Shown here piece after piece: positions 1 to 8,823 of a stretch of 64,000 bases of DNA; within the stretch, counting starts at the first letter, position 1, and each line of letters starts with the position of its first letter. This DNA is from an uncultured delta proteobacterium (lineage in GTDB: Bacteria > Desulfobacterota > Binatia > UBA9968): positions 128,001-192,000 of the forward strand of contig CAWFJP010000011.1 in assembly GCA_963816145.1 (NCBI GenBank), given 5' to 3'. The position numbers were made by a program, and so were the translations under genes. Under the pieces are notes generated by a model that was not told the DNA's origin, did not search any database, and was given only the letters and a program-made list of their open reading frames with translations.

Positions 1-1
1 G

Positions 2-103
2 TTGGAAAAGAGCATGGACCAACCGGTGCAGCTCGCCTACCGGCAAGTGATCGATCACAGCATCCTCGATGAGATCGGCCGGCCGGGCACGAACCGCCCT
101 TAA
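2..103 (+). CDS. C-terminal end of a CDS entering the window (possibly an ABC substrate-binding protein)
   Basis: Open frame LEKSMDQPVQLAYRQVIDHSILDEIGRPGTNRP ending TAA at 101-103; the 'VIDxSILDE' tail resembles NMT1/TauA-type SBP ends. Confidence 0.45.
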   Translation: MEKSMDQPVQLAYRQVIDHSILDEIGRPGTNRP

Positions 104-123
104 CCTGTCGTCCGCCTCGTTAG

Positions 124-152
124 TTGCAAGTGGCGACCAAGGTCAATAAACT
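124..152 (+). promoter_or_regulatory. Putative sigma70 promoter
   Basis: TTGCAA-17 nt-TAAACT, ~40 nt upstream of the ATG at 192. Confidence 0.35.
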
Positions 153-191
153 CTAAATGATTGTGCAAACAAACGGAGGCTACTTAGACTC

Positions 192-1283
192 ATGAATCAA
201 TTTCGCCGGGTAGTTTTTGCGATATTCGTACTGCCATTTATATCGATGGATAGCTATGCTGCTCTCGCTCCGACTCCCGAAGAGATATGGAGGTCGTTGG
301 AAAAACTGACGGCGGCGGAGCGTGAGAAAAAGCTCGTCGAGGGCGCAAAAAAAGAAGGCGAGATGCTCTGGTACACCAACTCGGGCATCGAGAACGCCAC
401 CCGTTATATCCAGGCCTTCAAGAAAAACTACCCGTATATCAACGCTCAGGTGTGGCGCGCCAAAACCCGACAAGTCACACAAAGAGCGATCCAGGAGGCC
501 GCTGCCGGCAAACATATGGTCGATGTCATCAAACCGTCGACCGACCTGTTGCCGCCGATGCTCGACAAGAATCTGCTCGGCAAGTATGAAACGCCGGGAC
601 GGGCGATTCTTCCGGCGCACACCAAGTCACCTTACTACACCAGCATCAACTACGCCTTTCGAGTTTTTGCCTACAATCCGCGCAAAGTGAATCGCAAAGA
701 CGTGCCGAAGAGTTGGGATGAACTCTTACAAGCAAAGTGGAAAGGCGAAATTCTGTTTGACGAGTCTTCACTTGAAGAAGTCATGTCGCTGCTTGGGGCC
801 TGGGGCAAGGAAAAAACTGTCAGCTATTTAACCAAACTGAGTCAGCAAAACCTGCAGATCCGCGTCGGCCGCGACACGACGACGCAGATGATGATGGCCG
901 GGGAGGCGCCCCTCGCAGTTACCACTTATGCCTACAACAACGAAAGTCTCAAGGCGGCCAATGCGCCGGTGGATTGGGTGGCGGAAGATTTGATCCCGAC
1001 GCTGATCTATCCATTGACGATGGCGCGCAACGCGCCCCATCCTTACTCCGCTGCTTTGTTCTACGACTTTTTAATTTCCGAAGAAGGCCAACGGCTGATT
1101 GCCAAAGAGGGGCGCGTGGTCTCTCATCCCAAAGTGGAGCCGATCTATCCGCGCATGAAGGAACTGCAAAATCTCTTGGGCACTTCGCGAATCGGACTAA
1201 ATACCATGGAGCAAAACTCCAAATTGCTCAAAGACGGTATCCAGATCCTCGATGAAATCGTCTTGAGACGGAAGTCCTCCTAG
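192..1283 (+). CDS. ABC transporter extracellular solute-binding protein (Fe3+/thiamine/AfuA-like)
   Basis: Signal peptide; 'EGAKKEGEMLWYT', 'PKSWDELLQAKWKG', 'APHPYSAALFYDFLISEEGQ'. Confidence 0.9.
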   Translation: MNQFRRVVFAIFVLPFISMDSYAALAPTPEEIWRSLEKLTAAEREKKLVEGAKKEGEMLWYTNSGIENATRYIQAFKKNYPYINAQVWRAKTRQVTQRAIQEAAAGKHMVDVIKPSTDLLPPMLDKNLLGKYETPGRAILPAHTKSPYYTSINYAFRVFAYNPRKVNRKDVPKSWDELLQAKWKGEILFDESSLEEVMSLLGAWGKEKTVSYLTKLSQQNLQIRVGRDTTTQMMMAGEAPLAVTTYAYNNESLKAANAPVDWVAEDLIPTLIYPLTMARNAPHPYSAALFYDFLISEEGQRLIAKEGRVVSHPKVEPIYPRMKELQNLLGTSRIGLNTMEQNSKLLKDGIQILDEIVLRRKSS

Positions 1284-1331
1284 AAATGAAACCGATTGTG
1301 CGGTGCCTTGATTCACTCAACGGAGGAAACA

Positions 1332-2228
1332 ATGTTTCAAGCTGAAACCCTCGATCACGTCGCCTTTCCGGTGCGCGATCTGCCGCGCTCTGAGAAATTC
1401 TATTTGGAAACCGTCGGCCTGACCTTCATGACCCAGCGTAAAAACGCCGACGGCTCGCCGCGCCACACTTATATGAAAGCCGGCGAAAACATTGTCGGCT
1501 TGACCTTGCCCGGCGTCGCCGTGCCGGCCTCGACCAGCGGCGCGCCGCGATATGCAATCGCCATGATCGACGAGGCCGGCTTCGTCGCGGCAGTTGAAAG
1601 AATTCGCGCCAGCGGCGTAAAGTGTTTCGACCTCGAGAGTCACGCGGCCGATTCGCCCTTTGTCAAAGCCTTTCAGTTCATCGATCCCGACGACAATCAG
1701 ATCGAGCTCTGCGTTCGCCGCCGGCCACTGGCGGCCAACGACGGCCTCAGCCATGTGATATTCGAGACCGCCAACCTCGCCCGCGCCAAGCGCTTCTACA
1801 CCGAAGCTTTGGGACTCAAACCGGCCGGCGAAGTGCGCGGTGAAATGCTCTTCGAATTCCAAAACGGCCAAATGATCGGCGTCAAGGAAGTCAAAGAACT
1901 ATCCGAGCGGACCAAGAAAAAAGGCCGCGCCTGCCATGTGGCGTTCAACGTCAGCCAGGAAGATTACGACGTGATGCTGGAGCGCATTCCGACATTCGAT
2001 GGCAGATCGCTGGGCGATTTTCGCGCCACCGACGGCCTGCGGCCGGCCGGCGAACGCAGCATTTATTTCTTCGATCCTGATACCAATTATTTACAGATTA
2101 CCGCCCTGGGCGAAGCAGACGTGCCGATGATTTCCGACGAAGAGAAATGGAAACTAACAGTCGAAAACCGCCAGAAGCAGGGCAAAGGCATCTCGAGTTT
2201 CGACAAGGGCGTAAAAATCCAGAAATAG
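1332..2228 (+). CDS. Two-domain VOC (glyoxalase/extradiol dioxygenase) family protein
   Basis: RBS GGAGG before ATG 1332; 'LDHVAFPVRDL..SEKFY', 'FIDPDDNQIEL', second module 'LSHV...FYTEALGL...HVAF...YFFDPDTNYLQI'. Confidence 0.85.
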   Translation: MFQAETLDHVAFPVRDLPRSEKFYLETVGLTFMTQRKNADGSPRHTYMKAGENIVGLTLPGVAVPASTSGAPRYAIAMIDEAGFVAAVERIRASGVKCFDLESHAADSPFVKAFQFIDPDDNQIELCVRRRPLAANDGLSHVIFETANLARAKRFYTEALGLKPAGEVRGEMLFEFQNGQMIGVKEVKELSERTKKKGRACHVAFNVSQEDYDVMLERIPTFDGRSLGDFRATDGLRPAGERSIYFFDPDTNYLQITALGEADVPMISDEEKWKLTVENRQKQGKGISSFDKGVKIQK

Positions 2229-2231
2229 ATT

Positions 2232-2313
2232 TTCACCACGAACGACACGAAGATCACGAAGTTCGGAATATTATTTTTCCGAAGCCTTCGTGTCCTTCGT
2301 GTGCTTCGTGGTG
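2232..2313. repeat. CACGAAG-family REP-like palindrome, copy 1
   Basis: TTCACCACGAA-(CACGAAG)x2-TTCGGA loop TCCGAA-(CTTCGTG)x3-GTG; related copies at 4435, 5784, 44314, 47533, 52765. Confidence 0.9.
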
Positions 2314-2348
2314 CTCCCGCATTTTCCCATACTAGAAAAGGAACACCC

Positions 2349-3539
2349 GTGGCACTGGAAAAACCGATCATCCCAACTTTCTCGATGAAAGAGCGCGACC
2401 GAAGATGGTCGCTGCTGCGCGCCGCCATGATTAAGGCCAACTTCGACGCCCTCATCGCCCTGCCGCACGAGGGACACTGGGATCAGTTCGGTTGCGACAC
2501 CCGCTACATAACTCAGATTGGCGGCACGCAGACCGAAGTCGGCTGCGTCCTCCCCTTGGAAGCTGACGTCACCGCCGTGGTGCGCGGCGAGAACGAAATC
2601 GAATGGTGGGGCTTGGCCCAGGACTGGGTCAAAGACATTCGCCCATCGCGCCGCTCCTATGGCGAGCCGGTGATCGATCGTTTGAAGGAAGTCCGCGCTG
2701 AGCGCGTCGGTGTCATCGCTTTGTCCGGCATGGTCCGCGCGCCGGAAGGCGTCGTGCCTTGGGGGACTTTTGAAAAGATTCGCACCTCACTGCCCAACGT
2801 CAAATTCGCCAACGCCACCGACGTTTTGCAAGAAGTTCGCTCGGTAAAGAGCGCCGAAGAGGTCGCCTTCATCGAGAAGGCGGCGGAGATCATCGGCTAC
2901 GCCAACGAGGTGCTGATTCAACATGCCAAGGTTGGCGTCGGCGAAAACGAGCTGATCGCTGAAATGCTCCGCGAAGTCGTCCGCCGCGGCGGCGAGCCGA
3001 TCACCATGATGCTGTTCGGCACCGGCGGACCGGAAGTGCCTTGGGCGCAGCGCGTGTTCACCACGCGCAAACTCAAACCCGGCGATTTGATCAACACCGA
3101 AGTAGAAGGCAAATACGCCGGTTACATCGCCCAGGCGCTGCAGCCAATCTCACTCGGCCCTAAACCGAAGGATTTGGAAAAAATCTTCGATGCGACCAAG
3201 GTGATCTTCGACCGCATGCTGCAATTCTTGAAACCCGGCATCACCTTCGGCGCGGTCGCAAAGTTTTACCAGGACGAAGTCGCCGCCGCCGGCTACGAGC
3301 CCGACGGCGCGCTCATGCACGGACGCGGTCTCGGGGAAGATGCGCCGATGCTCTGGGGCGCGCGCAAAGATTTCCCGGAGAAAGACCAGTTAATCAAAGA
3401 AGGCCATGTGTTCATTTTGAAACCCGCTTGCAGACAAGGCTTCATGCGCGACTCGATTCGCGCCGGCGACACCGTCGCCATCGAAGCGAACGGGGCGAGG
3501 CGATTGGGCAAGCGCGAACTGGCGTTTGTCTCGGTATAA
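2349..3539 (+). CDS. M24 (Xaa-Pro peptidase/creatinase-fold) family protein
   Basis: GTG start after AAGGA; 'FSMKERDRRW', 'RSVKSAEEV', 'MHGRGLGED'; creatinase-N plus pita-bread fold. Confidence 0.85.
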   Translation: MALEKPIIPTFSMKERDRRWSLLRAAMIKANFDALIALPHEGHWDQFGCDTRYITQIGGTQTEVGCVLPLEADVTAVVRGENEIEWWGLAQDWVKDIRPSRRSYGEPVIDRLKEVRAERVGVIALSGMVRAPEGVVPWGTFEKIRTSLPNVKFANATDVLQEVRSVKSAEEVAFIEKAAEIIGYANEVLIQHAKVGVGENELIAEMLREVVRRGGEPITMMLFGTGGPEVPWAQRVFTTRKLKPGDLINTEVEGKYAGYIAQALQPISLGPKPKDLEKIFDATKVIFDRMLQFLKPGITFGAVAKFYQDEVAAAGYEPDGALMHGRGLGEDAPMLWGARKDFPEKDQLIKEGHVFILKPACRQGFMRDSIRAGDTVAIEANGARRLGKRELAFVSV

Positions 3540-3560
3540 TCCGATTCCTTGGCGACCTGG

Positions 3561-3763
3561 AGACTGTGTCACAACTGTCATTCCGAGGCGAAGCCGAGGA
3601 ATCTCTTTCTCGAATGTGGGTGTAGACACGAGATCCCTCGCTACGCTCGGGATGACAGATGGGGGCCGTTGCCCATCGTAACCGCGCCTCTCAATAGCAA
3701 GGACGCAAGGCCGTGGTTGGAGGCAAGTCATCGCCGACGAGCACCCGCTACTCCTTGCGACAC
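3561..3763. repeat. MITE-like shell containing a GTCA-type REP palindrome (3575-3658)
   Basis: Ends AGACTGTGTCACAA / TTGCGACAC (imperfect IR); internal CTGTCATTCCGAGGCGAAGCCGAGGAATCT...AGATCCCTCGCTACGCTCGGGATGACAG. Confidence 0.55.
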
Positions 3764-3816
3764 GAATTGTCTCTATAATATAAGTGCACTCTGCAATCTC
3801 ACACGGAGGAAATGCC

Positions 3817-4404
3817 ATGAGTGACGAAAACATCAACCCCGACGCGCCGCTGCATATTCGCGGCTTGAATCATCTCACCATTCCGGTAAAAGACCGCTAC
3901 CGCGCCGCGCGCTTCTACATTGTCGCCCTAGGTGCTGAGGCTCATCACGAATCCGCTCCCGACCGCGTCGCCAAAGGTTTATCGCGATCGTTGCAGTTCG
4001 GCATTCGCATGGCGGCGAATTTCGAAATCGATCTTTTCGAACAGGATTTTGGCCAGCCGGATTGGAACCAATCCCACCCTCACCTGGCCCTCGACACCGC
4101 CGCTGAAGATCTCGGGAAATGGGTGGAGCATTTCAAAAAATGGCAGATTCCGTTCGTCGGTCCCATGACTCGATCCGGCACTAAAGGTGCAGAGATTTAC
4201 TTTAATGATCTCGACGGCAATCATCTCGAAGTCCATTGTTCTGACATCCCCGATGATCAACGGAGCAAATACGCCGTCGGCCCCTACGACAAAGGCCTTT
4301 GCGTGCACAAAAAAGATTGGCCGCCCAAAGAGTTGGCGGACGAAGCCGAGCGGCTGTTCCAAGCCTCGGTCTCCCGCATGCGCGCGCGCCGAAAACCACA
4401 CTGA
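3817..4404 (+). CDS. VOC family protein
   Basis: RBS GGAGG; 'GLNHLTIPVKD..RAARFY', 'HPHLAL', 'IYFNDLDGNHLEV'. Confidence 0.85.
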   Translation: MSDENINPDAPLHIRGLNHLTIPVKDRYRAARFYIVALGAEAHHESAPDRVAKGLSRSLQFGIRMAANFEIDLFEQDFGQPDWNQSHPHLALDTAAEDLGKWVEHFKKWQIPFVGPMTRSGTKGAEIYFNDLDGNHLEVHCSDIPDDQRSKYAVGPYDKGLCVHKKDWPPKELADEAERLFQASVSRMRARRKPH

Positions 4405-4434
4405 GCTGCGCCGGCAATTAAGCCAAACAATTCC

Positions 4435-4508
4435 TTCACCACGAAGGACACGAAGGTTTCGGACCAATGATTTTGCTAACTTCGCGCTCTTCGTGCCTTC
4501 GTGGTGAA
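4435..4508. repeat. CACGAAG-family palindrome, copy 2 (degenerate)
   Basis: TTCACCACGAAGGACACGAAG...CTTCGTGCCTTCGTGGTGAA. Confidence 0.85.
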
Positions 4509-4540
4509 AGATAACCCGTTCATTAAATGAAAGACTAAAA

Positions 4541-5761
4541 ATGGCTGAACTGTACCCGTATCCTCGTTTCTCCCTGGCCGAGCGCGACCGCCGCTGGAAA
4601 GCGGTGCGCGCGAAGATGGCCGAGCAAAACATCGACGTCATCGTCACGCCGCAGAACACCGGCCACTCGATGGACTTTCAAGCCAACACCCGCTACTTGA
4701 CCCACTGCGGCGGCGGCGGCGACGCCGATATCGCCGCGGTGTTTCCCTTGAATGGCGCCGTCACCGCCATCGCCACTTCCGCCAATCCGCGCTGGACCAC
4801 CACGCAAGAGTGGACCACCGATGTTCGCGAAGCCCGGCGCGAATATGGCAAGATCATCGTCGAGCGTTTGAAAGAATTGAATGTCGAGCGCGGCCGTATA
4901 GGCATCACCGGCCTCGGCGAAGTCGAAGGCACACGCACGCCGGAAGGAACCATCCTGCACGGCACCTGGCAAAGAATCCGCGACGCCTTTCCCTATGCAC
5001 AATTGGTCGACGCCACGCCGATCCTGGTCGAAGTGCGCTATATCAAGAGTACCGAAGAAATCGACGTGTTGACCAAGTCGATGGCGATCGTCGAGGAGGG
5101 TTACAAAGCCGAGATCGAAGCGGCCAAACCCGGCGTCAGAGACTGGGATGTCTGGGCCGCGGCGCAGTACGGCATGATGCACAATGGTTCCGAGATGCCG
5201 GTGCACTGCAATTGGATCTCCGGGAGGAACCCTGTGCGCACACTCACGCGCCCGAGCATGCGCATTTTGGAATACGGTGACCTGATTATCAACGAACTGG
5301 AAGCGAACTGGATCGGCTATCGCGCTCAAGGCGTGCAACCGGTGTTTGTCGGCGCGGCCAATCCCCTGCATCAAGAACTGATCAAAGTGCAGCGCGAGAT
5401 CTTCAACCGCGTCATGGAACATTTGAAACCTGGGGTGACGGTCAAGGAATTGGCCGAACTGACGATCAAAACCGCCGCAGCTGCTGCGCCTAAGTCCGGC
5501 TTAGCCGCGAATGCGCGCGGAGACCTGAACATGCATGGCCGCGGTGCCGGCGACGACGGCCCAATCATCACCGCCCATGCTAAGAGCCCGCGCCAACTCG
5601 GCGTGACACTGCAAGAAAACATGGTCTTTATTTGCAAACCGTCAGCACTTGCCGCCGACGGCCAATCGCTCAGTACCTGGGGCGACACCATTGTCGTTAC
5701 CGCCAACGGCGGCAAACGGCTCGGCAAACGGCCCCACGATTTGGCGGTGTCGGGCGGTTGA
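4541..5761 (+). CDS. M24 family protein (paralog of 2349-3539)
   Basis: 'FSLAERDRRW', 'RYIKSTEEI', 'MHGRGAGDD', 'FICKP'. Confidence 0.85.
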   Translation: MAELYPYPRFSLAERDRRWKAVRAKMAEQNIDVIVTPQNTGHSMDFQANTRYLTHCGGGGDADIAAVFPLNGAVTAIATSANPRWTTTQEWTTDVREARREYGKIIVERLKELNVERGRIGITGLGEVEGTRTPEGTILHGTWQRIRDAFPYAQLVDATPILVEVRYIKSTEEIDVLTKSMAIVEEGYKAEIEAAKPGVRDWDVWAAAQYGMMHNGSEMPVHCNWISGRNPVRTLTRPSMRILEYGDLIINELEANWIGYRAQGVQPVFVGAANPLHQELIKVQREIFNRVMEHLKPGVTVKELAELTIKTAAAAAPKSGLAANARGDLNMHGRGAGDDGPIITAHAKSPRQLGVTLQENMVFICKPSALAADGQSLSTWGDTIVVTANGGKRLGKRPHDLAVSGG

Positions 5762-5783
5762 TTGCTGTATGAAAAAACAATCA

Positions 5784-5866
5784 TTCACCACGAAGGACAC
5801 GAAGAGCACGAAGTTCGGAGTTCAAACTATCCGAAACCTTCGTGGCCTTCGTGCCTTCGTGGTGAA
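5784..5866. repeat. CACGAAG-family palindrome, copy 3 (intact reference copy)
   Basis: TTCACCACGAAGGACACGAAGAGCACGAAGTTCGGA...TCCGAAACCTTCGTGGCCTTCGTGCCTTCGTGGTGAA. Confidence 0.9.
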
Positions 5867-5928
5867 CACTCCGTTGCATATAGAGTGCTAAATCAACACC
5901 GAACTCGGAAAGCGCCATATGGCTTGCT

Positions 5929-7443
5929 TCAATTTCGTAACCAGACGCGCTTCACATGAAGCAGAATAAACGCGCAGGTAGCCAGTGTCATCGCCCAGGC
6001 AAACCAGTCGCCGAAGCGGACGTAGTAAGTCGTTCCATTCAAGACGTCCACCTCGGTCTGCATTACTGTGCCTGTAAACATCGGCAAGAGTTTAACCACT
6101 TCACCCTTGGCATTCACCAACGAGGTCACGCCGGTGTTGGTGACGCGCAGCAGGCTGCGGCGGGTTTCGATGGCGCGTGATTGCGCCAGGCGCAGGTGCT
6201 GCCAAGGTCCTACCGATTTGCCGTACCAAGCGTCGTTGGTGAGATTGACCAGAACATTGGCGCGGGTCTCACTGACAAACTGGCGCGCCAGGTCGGGCAT
6301 CAGATCTTCGTAACAAATTAGTGGCGCTACCCGAACCGACCGAGGCAGGTGAAACACCACGGGACCCGGACCGGGCGTAAAGCCATCGGCAAAGGGCAGG
6401 TTCGGGATCCAGGAGAGCAGCTTGGCGAAAGGCAAATATTCGCCGAAGGCGAGCAACACCTGTTTATGATAGCGGGCGAGAATCCGCCCTTTAGCGTCGG
6501 TAAAAAAAGCCGTGTTGAAGGCTTGGCCGCTGGTCTGGCCAGGATTGCCACGAAAACTCTTGGCGCCGAAAATGAAGTAGGCGCGCTCCGCCCTAAAAAT
6601 TGGCATGACATCAAGCGGCAGCGCTTGCATAGTTTCTGGAATGAGCGCTTCGATGGCCGACTCCGGCCAAATAACTAGCGGCACGGAAGGTAACTCGGCG
6701 GTGAGCTGACGGTGCTGGGCAAGGTTTTTCTGCGCCAGCACCGGATTCCATTTCATGTCGATGTCGACGTTGCCCTGCACCGCGCCAATGGATAACTTGG
6801 CAGCACTTGCCATCTCGTCGCCGACGCTTTGCACGCGCTGAAATCCGTACGCCAGAGCAACGAGAATCGCTAAACAAGCGTAGGCCAACGGCAGGAACTT
6901 CTTGCGCGGCTCAGCGCTGGCGAACAGCGCATGATAGAACGCCGCGCTGAACCACATGACGATGAAACCGGTACCGTAGGGACCGACCAGGTCAGCGGTT
7001 TGGATGACCCAGAGAAACGACACCTGGGAGTTGGCGAGATACCAGGGGAACAGGAGAGGAAAGAGAAATTCGCAAGGCACCCAAAACAATGCCGGGAATA
7101 TCATGAGCGGGCCGAAACCGATACTGCGCACGAGCAGCGCAAAGAGCGCCATCTGTATTCCCTGCAGCACGGCGTAAAGCACAAAGATCACGACGCTAAC
7201 AGCCAAGGGGAAACCGCCGAAGACGCTAATCGTGTAGGTCAGCCAGTGAAAACCTATCAAGTGCGCCGCTAGCCCCATCAGCCAGCCGTAGAAAACCGCA
7301 CGCCGAAGAGTCGCGGCGCGATCGATCGCAAAGAACAGCGGCACAAAAGCCAGCCAAGCGAGGGGAAATAACCAAGGCTCGATAAACGGTGCCGCGAGCA
7401 GCACCGCGGCGAGAAGCGGCAGCAGGATGATTGGTATGTTCAC
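5929..7443 (-). CDS. lnt: Apolipoprotein N-acyltransferase
   Basis: Multiple TM helices; 'VQGNV', 'WPESA', 'YHKQVLLAFGEY', 'ICYED', 'TNDAWY', 'NTGVT' (E-K-C nitrilase triad). Confidence 0.95.
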   Translation of the reverse strand: MNIPIILLPLLAAVLLAAPFIEPWLFPLAWLAFVPLFFAIDRAATLRRAVFYGWLMGLAAHLIGFHWLTYTISVFGGFPLAVSVVIFVLYAVLQGIQMALFALLVRSIGFGPLMIFPALFWVPCEFLFPLLFPWYLANSQVSFLWVIQTADLVGPYGTGFIVMWFSAAFYHALFASAEPRKKFLPLAYACLAILVALAYGFQRVQSVGDEMASAAKLSIGAVQGNVDIDMKWNPVLAQKNLAQHRQLTAELPSVPLVIWPESAIEALIPETMQALPLDVMPIFRAERAYFIFGAKSFRGNPGQTSGQAFNTAFFTDAKGRILARYHKQVLLAFGEYLPFAKLLSWIPNLPFADGFTPGPGPVVFHLPRSVRVAPLICYEDLMPDLARQFVSETRANVLVNLTNDAWYGKSVGPWQHLRLAQSRAIETRRSLLRVTNTGVTSLVNAKGEVVKLLPMFTGTVMQTEVDVLNGTTYYVRFGDWFAWAMTLATCAFILLHVKRVWLRN

Positions 7444-7510
7444 CGGAGCAAATCGTGATCGTTGCAGGGATTAAAGCCCGAGGCCGGTAGCAAAACAAAA
7501 GGTAAAGTTA

Positions 7511-8083
7511 TTATTTTTCAGTCTCAAAATCATAAGCCAGCTCCAGAAACTGCACCAGGATGCGCGCGGTAACACCCCAAATGTCCCAGCCATTGTTGAC
7601 GTAGAAGTGATAACTCGGATGGCCGCCGGGTGACAGATGGGCGTTTTTGACATATGTGCCCGGCTCCATCAGCGAGCGAATCGGCAGCGAAGCAACCGCG
7701 GTAGTCTCCGCCGGATCGAGACGAAAATTGTATTGCGGTGGAATCACACCCACCACCGGCGTCACCACGATGCCGTAGCCGGCGGTGAATTCGTCCAGAC
7801 GGCCCAGCACCCGCACATGTTCTGGAACCACGCCGATTTCTTCATGACTCTCGCGCAGCGCTGTAGCCACCAAATCGGCATCGCCCGCATGCACGCGCCC
7901 GCCCGGAAAGGCTATCTGCCCCTTGTGCGTCGGCATCTCGTCGCCCCGCTTGGTCAGCACGATGTATTCACCGTCGGCGCGTTCTTGAATTGGAATCAAC
8001 ACCGCCGCGGGCTTGAGACCGTTACCGGTGACGATCTCCGGCGTGCGCGACAGCAGAGCGGACGAAATTTTGTCAGCGACCAT
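7511..8083 (-). CDS. CoA pyrophosphatase (Nudix, NudL-like)
   Basis: 'AAVLIP', 'LTKR...HKGQIAFPGG', Nudix box 'ALRESHEEIG', 'IWGVTARIL'. Confidence 0.9.
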   Translation of the reverse strand: MVADKISSALLSRTPEIVTGNGLKPAAVLIPIQERADGEYIVLTKRGDEMPTHKGQIAFPGGRVHAGDADLVATALRESHEEIGVVPEHVRVLGRLDEFTAGYGIVVTPVVGVIPPQYNFRLDPAETTAVASLPIRSLMEPGTYVKNAHLSPGGHPSYHFYVNNGWDIWGVTARILVQFLELAYDFETEK

Positions 8084-8164
8084 GGGTAAATAACTATTGC
8101 CGGGGGCGCGATCTATGATAGATACCGTGGCAATTTAGCCAATCGAAAGGCAAAACACTAGCCC

Positions 8165-8821
8165 GTGACCGAACGCGAAATTCATGCAGCGATCCGCATC
8201 CTGCGCCGCCAAGTGCCCAAGTGGAACACACCCGTGGTGACCCTGATGGCCGAGACCTACGAGAGTCCGTTTCGCGTCTTGATCTCCTGCATTCTCAGTT
8301 TGCGCACCCAGGACGCAACCACAGCCAAAGCATCGCATCGCTTGTTCGCGGTCGCCGATTCGCCCCAAGCGATGGTCAAAATTTCGGCCCAGAAAATTGA
8401 AAAGCTGATCTACCCGGTCGGCTTCTATAAAACCAAGGCGCGGCAAATTCGGCAAATTTGCCAGGCGATCATCGACCGCTACGACGGCAGAGTTCCCGAC
8501 GAGATCGACGAACTGCTCAAATTCAACGGCGTCGGCCGCAAAACCGCTAACTTGGTCGTCACCCTGGGCTACAATAAGCCCGGCATCTGCGTCGACACCC
8601 ACGTGCACCGGATTTCCAATCGCTGGGGCTATATCAAAACCGCTTCGCCTGAGAAGACCGAGGCCGCCCTGCGGGCCAAACTGCCCAAACAATATTGGAT
8701 CGAGTACAACAACTTGTTGGTGAATTTCGGCCAACATCTATGCCGGCCGATCTCGCCTCAATGCAGCCAATGTCCGGTGAAAAAATACTGCCCGCAGATA
8801 GGCGTCGGCGTGAGACGATAA
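8165..8821 (+). CDS. nth: Endonuclease III
   Basis: 'PFRVLISCILSLRTQD', HhH 'GVGRKTANLV', 'VDTHVHRISNR', 4Fe-4S motif CRPISPQCSQCPVKKYC. Confidence 0.95.
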   Translation: MTEREIHAAIRILRRQVPKWNTPVVTLMAETYESPFRVLISCILSLRTQDATTAKASHRLFAVADSPQAMVKISAQKIEKLIYPVGFYKTKARQIRQICQAIIDRYDGRVPDEIDELLKFNGVGRKTANLVVTLGYNKPGICVDTHVHRISNRWGYIKTASPEKTEAALRAKLPKQYWIEYNNLLVNFGQHLCRPISPQCSQCPVKKYCPQIGVGVRR

Positions 8822-8823
8822 AG

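Noticed and set aside
2232-5866. Palindromes between genes as integron attC sites
   Set aside because: No RYYYAAC/GTTRRRY core sites and no IntI; copies are dispersed through ordinary operons.
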